Source: the human T2T-CHM13v2.0 reference genome, Homo sapiens
Assembly: GCF_009914755.1 (NCBI RefSeq)
Contig: NC_060942.1
Reading direction: 5' to 3' (one strand)
Length of the DNA: 64,000 bases
The position numbers were made by a program, and so were the translations under genes. The notes below the pieces were generated by a model. That model made no database searches. It had not been told where the DNA came from and saw only the letters and a list, made by a program, of their open reading frames with translations. The first letter of the stretch is position 1, and each line of letters begins with the position of its first letter. This document shows, piece by piece, positions 50,059-62,267 of this stretch.

Positions 50059-53000
50059 CATTCTCAGAAACTTGTTTGTGATGTGTGCCCTCTACTGACA
50101 GAGTTGAACCTTTCTTTTCATAGAGCAGTTTTGAAACACTCTTTTTGTAGAATCTGCAAGAGGATATTTGCATAGCTTTGAGGATTTCGTGGGAAACGGG
50201 ATTGTCTTCAGGTAAAATCTAGACAGAAGCATTCTCAGAAACTTCTTTGGGATGTTTGCATTCAAGTCACAGAGTAGAACATTCCCTTTGGTAGAGCAGG
50301 TTTGAAACACTCTTTTTGTAGTATCTGGAAGTGGACATTTGGAGCGCTTTCAGGCCCATGTTGGAAAGGGAAATATCTTCCCGTAACAACTAGGCAGAAG
50401 CATTCTCAGAAACTTATTTGAGATGTGTGTACTCAACTAAGAGAATTGAACCACCGTTTTGAAGGAGCAGTTTTGAAACACTCTTTTTCTGGAATCTGCA
50501 AGAGGATATTTGCCTAGCTTTGAGGATTTCGTTGGAAACGGGATTGTCTTCAGATCAAATCTAGACAGAAGCATTCTCAGAAACTTCTTTGGGATGTTTG
50601 CATTCAAGTCACAGAGTAGAACATTCCCTTTGGTAGAGCAGGTTTGAAACACTCTTTTTTTAGTATATGGAAGTGGACATTTGGAGCGCTTTCAGGCCTA
50701 CGTTGGAAAAGGAAATATCTTCCCATAACAATTAGACAGAAGCATTCTCAGAAACTAGTTTCTGATGTGTGTCCTCAACTAACACAGTTGAACATTTCTT
50801 TAGACAGAACAGTTTTGAAACTCTCTTTTTGTGGAATCTGCAAGTGGCTATTTGGCTAGATTTGAGGATTTCGTTGGAAACGGGATTACATATAAAAAGC
50901 AGACAGCAGCATTCTCAGAACGTTCTTTGTGATGATTGCATTCAAGTCACAGAATTGAACATTCCCTTTCACAGAGCAGGTTTGAAACACTCTTTTTGTA
51001 GTGTGTGTAAGTGGACATTTGGAGCACTTTCCGGCCTAAGGTGAAAAAGGAAATATCTTCCCATAAAAACTAGACAGAAGCATTCTCAGAAACTTACTCG
51101 TGATGTGTGTCCTCAACTAAAGGAGTAGAACCTTTCTTTTCATAGAGAAGTTTTGAAACGCTCTTTTTGTGGAATCTGCAAGTGGATATTTGGCTAGTTT
51201 GGAGGATTTCGTTGGAAGCGGGAATTCATACAAATTGCAGACTGCAGCTTTCTGAGAAACATCTTTGTGATGTTTGTATTCAGGACACAGAGTTGAACAT
51301 TCCCTATCATAGAGCAGGTTTGAATCACTCCTTTTGTAGTATCTGGAAGTGGACATTTGGAGCGCTTTCAAGCCTATGTTGGAAAAGGAAATATCTTCCC
51401 ATAACAACTAGACAGAAGCATTCTCAGAAACTTATTTGAGATGTGTGTACTCAACTAAGAGAATTGAACCACCGTTTTGAAGGAGCAGTTTTGAAACACT
51501 CTTTTTCTGGAATCTGCAAGTGGATATTTGGCTAGCTTTGGGGATTTCGCTGGAAGCGGGAATACATATAAAAAGCACACAGCAGCGTTCTGAGAAACTG
51601 CTTTCTGATGTTTGCATTCAAGTCAAAAGTTGAACACTCCCTTTCATAGTGCAGTCCTGAAACACTCCTTTTGTAGTATCTGGAACTGGACTTTTGGAGC
51701 GCTTTCAGGGCTAAGGTGAAAAAGGAAATATCTTCCCATAAAAACTGGACAGAAGCATTCTCAGAAACTTGTTTATGCTGTATCTACTCAACTAACAAAG
51801 TTGAACCTTTCTTTTGATAGAGCAGTTTTGAAATGCTCTTTTTGTGGAATCTGCAAGTGGATATTTGGCTAGTTTTGAGGATTTCGTTGGAAGCGGGAAT
51901 TCATACAAATTGCAGACTGCAGCGTTCTGAGAAACATCTTTGTGATGTTTGTATTCAGGACAGAGAGTTGAACATTCCCTATCATAGAGCAGGTTGGAAT
52001 CACTCCTTTTGTAGTATCTGGAAGTGGACATTTGGAGCGCTTTCAGGCCTATGTTGAAAAAGGAAATATCTTCCCATAACAACTAGACACAAGCATTCTC
52101 AGAAACTTGTTTGTGATGTGTGCCCTCTACTGACAGAGTTGAACCTTTCTTTTCATAGAGCAGTTTTGAAACACTCTTTTTGTAGAATCTGCAAGAGGAT
52201 ATTTGCATAGCTTTGAGGATTTCGTGGGAAACGGGATTGTCTTCAGGTAAAATCTAGACAGAAGCATTCTCAGAAACTTCTTTGGGATGTTTGCATTCAA
52301 GTCACAGAGTAGAACATTCCCTTTGGTAGAGCAGGTTTGAAACACTCTTTTTGTAGTATCTGGAAGTGGACATTTGGAGCGCTTTCAGGCCTATGTTGGA
52401 AAGGGAAATATCTTCCGGTAACAACTAGGCAGAAGCATTCTCAGAAACTTATTTGAGATGTGTGTACTCAACTAAGAGAATTGAACCACCGTTTTGAAGG
52501 AGCAGTTTTGAAACACTCTTTTTCTGGAATCTGCAAGAGGATATTTGCCTAGCTTTGAGGATTTCGTTGGAAACGGGATTGTGTTCAGATCAAATCTAGA
52601 CAGAAGCATTCTCAGAAACTTCTTTGGGATGTTTGCATTCAAGTCACAGAGTAGAACATTCCCTTTGGTAGAGCAGGTGTGAAACACTCTTTTTTTAGTA
52701 TATGGAAGTGGACATTTGGAGCGCTTTCAGGCCTACGTTGGAAAAGGAAATATCTTCCCATAACAACTAGACAGAAGCATTCTCAGAAACTAGTTTCTGA
52801 TGTGTGTCCTCAACTAACACAGTTGAACATTTCTTTAGACAGAACAGTTTTGAAACTCTCTTTTTGTGGAATCTGCAAGTGGCTATTTGGCTAGATTTGA
52901 GGATTTCGTTGGAAACGGGATTACATATAAAAAGCAGACAGCAGCATTCTCAGAAAGTTCTTTGTGATGATTGCATTCAAGTCACAGAATTGAACATTCC

Positions 53001-56000
53001 CTTTCACAGAGCAGGTTTGAAGCACTCTTTTTGTAGTGTGTGTAAGTGGACATTTGGAGCACTTTCCGGCCTAAGGTGAGAAAGGAAATATCTTCCCATA
53101 AAAACTAGACAGAAGCATTCTCAGAAACTTACTCGTGATGTGTGTCCTCAACTAAAGGAGTAGAACCTTTCTTTCATAGAGAAGTTTTAAAACGCTCTTT
53201 TTGTGGAATCTGCAAGTGGATATTTGGCTAGTTTTGAGGATTTCGGTGGAAGCGGGAATTCATACAAATTGCAGACTGCAGCGTTCTGAGAAACATCTTT
53301 GTGATGTTTGTATTCAGGACACAGAGTTGAACATTCCCTATCATAGAGCAGGTTTGAATCACTCCTTTTGTAGTATCTGGAAGTGGACATTTGGAGCGCT
53401 TTCAGGCCTATGTTGGAAAAGGAAATATCTTCCCATAACAACTAGACAGAAGCATTCTCAGAAACTTATTTGAGATGTGTGTACTCAACTAAGAGAATTG
53501 AACCACCGTTTTGAAGGAGCAGTTTTGAAACACTCTTTTTCTGGAATCTGCAAGTGGATATTTGGCTAGCTTTGGGGATTTCGCTGGAAGCGGGAATACA
53601 TATAAAAAGCACACAGCAGCGTTCTGAGAAACTGCTTTCTGATGTTTGCATTCAAGTCAAAAGTTGAACACTCCCTTTCATAGAGCAGTCCTGAAACACT
53701 CCTTTTGTAGTATCTGGAACTGGACTTTTGGAGCGCTTTCAGGGCTAAGGTGAAAAAGGAAATATCTTCCCATAAAAACTGGACAGAAGCATTCTCAGAA
53801 ACTTGTTTATGCTGTATCTACTCAACTAACAAAGTTGAACCTTTCTTTTGATAGAGCAGTTTTGAAATGCTCTTTTTGTGGAATCTGCAAGTGGATATTT
53901 GGCTAGTTTTGAGGATTTCGTTGGAAGCGGGAATTCATACAAATTGCAGACTGCAGCGTTCTGAGAAACATCTTTGTGATGTTTGTATTCAGGACAGAGA
54001 GTTGAACATTCCCTATCATAGAGCAGGTTGGAATCACTCCTTTTGTAGTATCTGGAAGTGGACATTTGGAGCGCTTTCAGGCCTATGTTGAAAAAGGAAA
54101 TATCTTCCCATAACAACTAGACACAAGCATTCTCAGAAACTTGTTTGTGATGTGTGCCCTCTACTGACAGAGTTGAACCTTTCTTTTCATAGAGCAGTTT
54201 TGAAACACTCTTTTTGTAGAATCTGCAAGAGGATATTTGCATAGCTTTGAGGATTTCGTGGGAAACGGGATTGTCTTCAGGTAAAATCTAGACAGAAGCA
54301 TTCTCAGAAACTTCTTTGGGATGTTTGCATTCAAGTCACAGAGTAGAACATTCCCTTTGGTAGAGCAGGTTTGAAACACTCTTTTTATAGTATCTGGAAG
54401 TGGACATTTGGAGCGCTTTCAGGCCTATGTTGGAAAGGGAAATATCTTCCCGTAACAACTAGGCAGAAGCATTCTCAGAAACTTATTTGAGATGTGTGTA
54501 CTCAACTAAGAGAATTGAACCACCGTTTTGAAGGAGCAGTTTTGAAACACTCTTTTTCTGGAATCTGCAAGAGGATATTTGCCTAGCTTTGAGGATTTCG
54601 TTGGAAACGGGATTGTCTTCAGATCAAATCTAGACAGAAGCATTCTCAGAAACTTCTTTGGGATGTTTGCATTCAAGTCACAGAGTAGAACATTCCCTTT
54701 GGTAGAGCAGGTTTGAAACACTCTTTTTTTAGTATATGGAAGTGGACATTTGGAGCGCTTTCAGGCCTACGTTGGAAAAGGAAATATCTTCCCATAACAA
54801 TTAGACAGAAGCATTCTCAGAAACTAGTTTCTGATGTGTGTCCTCAACTAACACAGTTGAACATTTCTTTAGACAGAACAGTTTTGAAACTCTCTTTTTG
54901 TGGAATCTGCAAGTGGCTATTTGGCTAGATTTGAGGATTTCGTTGGAAACGGGATTACATATAAAAAGCAGACAGCAGCATTCTCAGAACGTTCTTTGTG
55001 ATGATTGCATTCAAGTCACAGAATTGAACATTCCCTTTCACAGAGCAGGTTTGAAACACTCTTTTTGTAGTGTGTGTAAGTGGACATTTGGAGCACTTTC
55101 CGGCCTAAGGTGAAAAAGGTAATATCTTCCCATAAAAACTAGACAGAAGCATTCTCAGAAACTTACTCGTGATGTGTGTCCTCAACTAAAGGAGTAGAAC
55201 CTTTCTTTTCATAGAGAAGTTTTGAAACGCTCTTTTTGTGGAATCTGCAAGTGGATATTTGGCTAGTTTGGAGGATTTCGTTGGAAGCGGGAATTCATAC
55301 AAATTGCAGACTGCAGCGTTCTGAGAAACATCTTTGTGATGTTTGTATTCAGGACACAGAGTTGAACATTCCCTATCATAGAGCAGGTTGGAATCACTCC
55401 TTTTGTAGTATCTGGAAGTGGACATTTGGAGCGCTTTCAAGCCTATGTTGGAAAAGGAAATATCTTCCCATAACAACTAGACAGAAGCATTCTCAGAAAC
55501 TTATTTGAGATGTGTGTACTCAACTAAGAGAATTGAACCACCGTTTTGAAGGAGCAGTTTTGAAACACTCTTTTTCTGGAATCTGCAAGTGGATATTTGG
55601 CTAGCTTTGGGGATTTCGCTGGAAGCGGGAATACATATAAAAAGCCCACAGCAGCGTTCTGAGAAACTGCTTTCTGATGTTTGCATTCAAGTCAAAAGTT
55701 GAACACTCCCTTTCATAGTGCAGTCCTGAAACACTCCTTTTGTAGTATCTGGAACTGGACTTTTGGAGCGCTTTCAGGGCTAAGGTGAAAAAGGAAATAT
55801 CTTCCCATAAAAACTGGACAGAAGCATTCTCAGAAACTTGTTTATGCTGTATCTACTCAACTAACAAAGTTGAACCTTTCTTTTGATAGAGCAGTTTTGA
55901 AATGCTCTTTTTGTGGAATCTGCAAGTGGATATTTGGCTAGTTTTGAGGATTTCGTTGGAAGCGGGAATTCATACAAATTGCAGACTGCAGCGTTCTGAG

Positions 56001-59000
56001 AAACATCTTTGTGATGTTTGTATTCAGGACAGAGAGTTGAACATTCCCTATCATAGAGCAGGTTGGAATCACTCCTTTTGTAGTATCTGGAAGTGGACAT
56101 TTGGAGCGCTTTCAGGCCTATGTTGAAAAAGGAAATATCTTCCCATAACAACTAGACACAAGCATTCTCAGAAACTTGTTTGTGATGTGTGCCCTCTACT
56201 GACAGAGTTGAACCTTTCTTTTCATAGAGCAGTTTTGAAACACTCTTTTTGTAGAATCTGCAAGAGGATATTTGCATAGCTTTGAGGATTTCGTGGGAAA
56301 CGGGATTGTCTTCAGGTAAAATCTAGACAGAAGCATTCTCAGAAACTTCTTTGGGATGTTTGCATTCAAGTCACAGAGTAGAACATTCCCTTTGGTAGAG
56401 CAGGTTTGAAACACTCTTTTTGTAGTATCTGGAAGTGGACATTTGGAGCGCTTTCAGGCCTATGTTGGAAAGGGAAATATCTTCCCGTAACAACTAGGCA
56501 GAAGCATTCTCAGAAACTTATTAGAGATGTGTGTACTCAACTAAGAGAATTGAACCACCGTTTTGAAGGAGCAGTTTTGAAACACTCTTTTTCTGGAATC
56601 TGCAAGAGGATATTTGCCTAGCTTTGAGGATTTCGTTGGAAACGGGATTGTCTTCAGATCAAATCTAGACAGAAGCATTCTCAGAAACTTCTTTGGGATG
56701 TTTGCATTCAAGTCACAGAGTAGAACATTCCCTTTGGTAGAGCAGGTTTGAAACACTCTTTTTTTAGTATATGGAAGTGGACATTTGGAGCGCTTTCAGG
56801 CCTACGTTGGAAAAGGAAATATCTTCCCATAACAACTAGACAGAAGCATTCTCAGAAAGTAGTTTCTGATGTGTGTCCTCAACTAACACAGTTGAACATT
56901 TCTTTAGACAGAACAGTTTTGAAACTCTCTTTTTGTGGAATCTGCAAGTGGCTATTTGGCTAGATTTGAGGATTTCGTTGGAAACGGGATTACATATAAA
57001 AAGCAGACAGCAGCATTCTCAGAAAGTTCTTTGTGATGATTGCATTCAAGTCACAGAATTGAACATTCCCTTTCACAGAGCAGGTTTGAAACACTCTTTT
57101 TGTAGTGTGTGTAAGTGGACATTTGGAGCACTTTCCGGCCTAAGGTGAAAAAGGAAATATCTTCCCATAAAAACTAGACAGAAGCATTCTCAGAAACTTA
57201 CTCGTGATGTGTGTCCTCAACTAAAGGAGTAGAACCTTTGTTTTCATAGAGAAGTTTTGAAACGCTCTTTTTGTGGAATCTGCAAGTGGATATTTGGCTA
57301 GTTTTGAGGATTTCGTTGGAAGCGGGAATTCATACAAATTGCAGACTGCAGCGTTCTGAGAAACATCTTTGTGATGTTTGTATTCAGGACACAGAGTTGA
57401 ACATTCCCTATCATAGAGCAGGTTGGAATCACTCCTTTTGTAGTATCTGGAAGTGGACATTTGGAGCGCTTTCAGGCCTATGTTGGAAAAGGAAATATCT
57501 TCCCATAACAACTAGACAGAAGCATTCTCAGAAACTTATTTGAGATGTGTGTACTCAACTAAGAGAATTGAACCACCGTTTTGAAGGAGCAGTTTTGAAA
57601 CACTCTTTTTCTGGAATCTGCAAGTGGATATTTGGCTAGCTTTGGGGATTTCGCTGGAAGCGGGAATACATATAAAAAGCACACAGCAGCGTTCTGAGAA
57701 ACTGCTTTCTGATGTTTGCATTCAAGTCAAAAGTTGAACACTCCCTTTCATAGAGCAGTCCTGAAACACTCCTTTTGTAGTATCTGGAACTGGACTTTTG
57801 GAGCGCTTTCAGGGCTAAGGTGAAAAAGGAAATATCTTCCCATAAAAACTGGACAGAAGCATTCTCAGAAACTTGTTTATGCTGTATCTACTCAACTAAC
57901 AAAGTTGAACCTTTCTTTTGATAGAGCAGTTTTGAAATGCTCTTTTTGTGGAATCTGCAAGTGGATATTTGGCTAGTTTTGAGGATTTCGCTGGAAGCGG
58001 GAATTCATACAAATTGCAGACTGCAGCGTTCTGAGAAACATCTTTGTGATGTTTGTATTCAGGACAGAGAGTTGAACATTCCCTATCATAGAGCAGGTTG
58101 GAATCACTCCTTTTGTAGTATCTGGAAGTGGACATTTGGAGCGCTTTCAGGCCTATGTTGAAAAAGGAAATATCTTCCCATAACAACTAGACACAAGCAT
58201 TCTCAGAAACTTGTTTGTGATGTGTGCCCTCTAGTGACAGAGTTGAACCTTTCTTTTCATAGAGCAGTTTTGAAACACTCTTTTTGTAGAATCTGCAAGA
58301 GGATATTTGCATAGCTTTGAGGATTTCGTGGGAAACGGGATTGTCTTCAGGTAAAATCTAGACAGAAGCATTCTCAGAAACTTCTTTGGGATGTTTGCAT
58401 TCAAGTCACAGAGTAGAACATTCCCTTTGGTAGAGCAGGTTTGAAACACTCTTTTTATAGTATCTGGAAGTGGACATTTGGAGCGCTTTCAGGCCTATGT
58501 TGGAAAGGGAAATATCTTCCCGTAACAACTAGGCAGAAGCATTCTCAGAAACTTATTTGAGATGTGTGTACTCAACTAAGAGAATTGAACCACCGTTTTG
58601 AAGGAGCAGTTTTGAAACACTCTTTTTCTGGAATCTGCAAGAGGATATTTGCCTAGCTTTGAGGATTTCGTTGGAAACGGGATTGTCTTCAGATCAAATC
58701 TAGACAGAAGCATTCTCAGAAACTTCTTTGGGATGTTTGCATTCAAGTCACAGAGTAGAACATTCCCTTTGGTAGAGCAGGTTTGAAACACTCTTTTTTT
58801 AGTATATGGAAGTGGACATTTGGAGCGCTTTCAGGCCTACGTTGGAAAAGGAAATATCTTCCCATAACAATTAGACAGAAGCATTCTCAGAAACTAGTTT
58901 CTGATGTGTGTCCTCAACTAACACAGTTGAACATTTCTTTAGACAGAACAGTTTTGAAACTCTCTTTTTGTGGAATCTGCAAGTGGCTATTTGGCTAGAT

Positions 59001-62000
59001 TTGAGGATTTCGTTGGAAACGGGATTACATATAAAAAGCAGACAGCAGCATTCTCAGAACGTTCTTTGTGATGATTGCATTCAAGTCACAGAATTGAACA
59101 TTCCCTTTCACAGAGCAGGTTTGAAACACTCTTTTTGTAGTGTGTGTAAGTGGACATTTGGAGCACTTTCCGGCCTAAGGTGAAAAAGGAAATATCTTCC
59201 CATAAAAACTAGACAGAAGCATTCTCAGAAACTTACTCGTGATGTGTGTCCTCAACTAAAGGAGTAGAACCTTTCTTTTCATAGAGAAGTTTTGAAACGC
59301 TCTTTTTGTGGAATCTGCAAGTGGATATTTGGCTAGTTTGGAGGATTTCGTTGGAAGCGGGAATTCATACAAATTGCAGACTGCAGCTTTCTGAGAAACA
59401 TCTTTGTGATGTTTGTATTCAGGACACAGAGTTGAACATTCCCTATCATAGAGCAGGTTTGAATCACTCCTTTTGTAGTATCTGGAAGTGGACATTTGGA
59501 GCGCTTTCAAGCCTATGTTGGAAAAGGAAATATCTTCCCATAACAACTAGACAGAAGCATTCTCAGAAACTTATTTGAGATGTGTGTACTCAACTAAGAG
59601 AATTGAACCACCGTTTTGAAGGAGCAGTTTTGAAACACTCTTTTTCTGGAATCTGCAAGTGGATATTTGGCTAGCTTTGGGGATTTCGCTGGAAGCGGGA
59701 ATACATATAAAAAGCCCACAGCAGCGTTCTGAGAAACTGCTTTCTGATGTTTGCATTCAAGTCAAAAGTTGAACACTCCCTTTCATAGTGCAGTCCTGAA
59801 ACACTCCTTTTGTAGTATCTGGAACTGGACTTTTGGAACGCTTTCAGGGCTAAGGTGAAAAAGGAAATATCTTCCCATAAAAACTGGACAGAAGCATTCT
59901 CAGAAACTTGTTTATGCTGTATCTACTCAACTAACAAAGTTGAACCTTTCTTTTGATAGAGCAGTTTTGAAATGCTCTTTTTGTGGAATCTGCAAGTGGA
60001 TATTTGGCTAGTTTTGAGGATTTCGTTGGAAGCGGGAATTCATACAAATTGCAGACTGCAGCGTTCTGAGAAACATCTTTGTGATGTTTGTATTCAGGAC
60101 AGAGAGTTGAACATTCCCTATCATAGAGCAGGTTGGAATCACTCCTTTTGTAGTATCTGGAAGTGGACATTTGGAGCGCTTTCAGGCCTATGTTGAAAAA
60201 GGAAATATCTTCCCATAACAACTAGACACAAGCATTCTCAGAAACTTGTTTGTGATGTGTGCCCTCTACTGACAGAGTTGAACCTTTCTTTTCATAGAGC
60301 AGTTTTGAAACACTCTTTTTGTAGAATCTGCAAGAGGATATTTGCATAGCTTTGAGGATTTCGTGGGAAACGGGATTGTCTTCAGGTAAAATCTAGACAG
60401 AAGCATTCTCAGAAACTTCTTTGGGATGTTTGCATTCAAGTCACAGAGTAGAACATTCCCTTTGGTAGAGCAGGTTTGAAACACTCTTTTTGTAGTATCT
60501 GGAAGTGGACATTTGGAGCACTTTCAGGCCTATGTTGGAAAGGGAAATATCTTCCCGTAACAACTAGGCAGAAGCATTCTCAGAAACTTATTTGAGATGT
60601 GTGTACTCAACTAAGAGAATTGAACCACCGTTTTGAAGGAGCAGTTTTGAAACACTCTTTTTCTGGAATCTGCAAGAGGATATTTGCCTAGCCTTGAGGA
60701 TTTCGTTGGAAACGGGATTGTCTTCAGATCAAATCTAGACAGAAGCATTCTCAGAAACTTCTTTGGGATGTTTGCATTCAAGTCACAGAGTAGAACATTC
60801 CCTTTGGTAGAGCAGGTTTGAAACACTCTTTTTTTAGTATATGGAAGTGGACATTTGGAGCGCTTTCAGGCCTACGTTGGAAAAGGAAATATCTTCCCAT
60901 AACAACTAGACAGAAGCATTCTCAGAAACTAGTTTCTGATGTGTGTCCTCAACTAACACAGTTGAACATTTCTTTAGACAGAACAGTTTTGAAACTCTCT
61001 TTTTGTGGAATCTGCAAGTGGCTATTTGGCTAGATTTGAGGATTTCGTTGGAAACGGGATTACATATAAAAAGCAGACAGCAGCATTCTCAGAAAGTTCT
61101 TTGTGATGATTGCATTCAAGTCACAGAATTGAACATTCCCTTTCACAGAGCAGGTTTGAAACACTCTTTTTGTAGTGTGTGTAAGTGGACATTTGGAGCA
61201 CTTTCCGGCCTAAGGTGAAAAAGGAAATATCTTCCCATAAAAACTAGACAGAAGCATTCTCAGAAACTTACTCGTGATGTGTGTCCTCAACTAAAGGAGT
61301 AGAACCTTTCTTTTCATAGAGAAGTTTTGAAACGCTCTTTTTGTGGAATCTGCAAGTGGATATTTGGCTAGTTTTGAGGATTTCGTTGGAAGCGGGAATT
61401 CATACAAATTGCAGACTGCAGCGTTCTGAGAAACATCTTTGTGATGTTTGTATTCAGGACACAGAGTTGAACATTCCCTATCATAGAGCAGGTTTGAATC
61501 ACTCCTTTTGTAGTATCTGGAAGTGGACATTTGGAGCGCTTTCAGGCCTATGTTGGAAAAGGAAATATCTTCCCATAACAACTAGACAGAAGCATTCTCA
61601 GAAACTTATTTGAGATGTGTGTACTCAACTAAGAGAATTGAACCACCGTTTTGAAGGAGCAGTTTTGAAACACTCTTTTTCTGGAATCTGCAAGTGGATA
61701 TTTGGCTAGCTTTGGGGATTTCGCTGGAAGCGGGAATACATATAAAAAGCACACAGCAGCGTTCTGAGAAACTGCTTTCTGATGTTTGCATTCAAGTCAA
61801 AAGTTGAACACTCCCTTTCATAGAGCAGTCCTGAAACACTCCTTTTGTAGTATCTGGAACTGGACTTTTGGAGCGCTTTCAGAGCTAAGGTGAAAAAGGA
61901 AATATCTTCCCATAAAAACTGGACAGAAGCATTCTCAGAAACTTGTTTATGCTGTATCTACTCAACTAACAAAGTTGAACCTTTCTTTTGATAGAGCAGT

Positions 62001-62267
62001 TTTGAAATGCTCTTTTTGTGGAATCTGCAAGTGGATATTTGGCTAGTTTTGAGGATTTCGCTGGAAGCGGGAATTCATACAAATTGCAGACTGCAGCGTT
62101 CTGAGAAACATCTTTGTGATGTTTGTATTCAGGACAGAGAGTTGAACATTCCCTATCATAGAGCAGGTTGGAATCACTCCTTTTGTAGTATCTGGAAGTG
62201 GACATTTGGAGCGCTTTCAGGCCTATGTTGAAAAAGGAAATATCTTCCCATAACAACTAGACACAAG

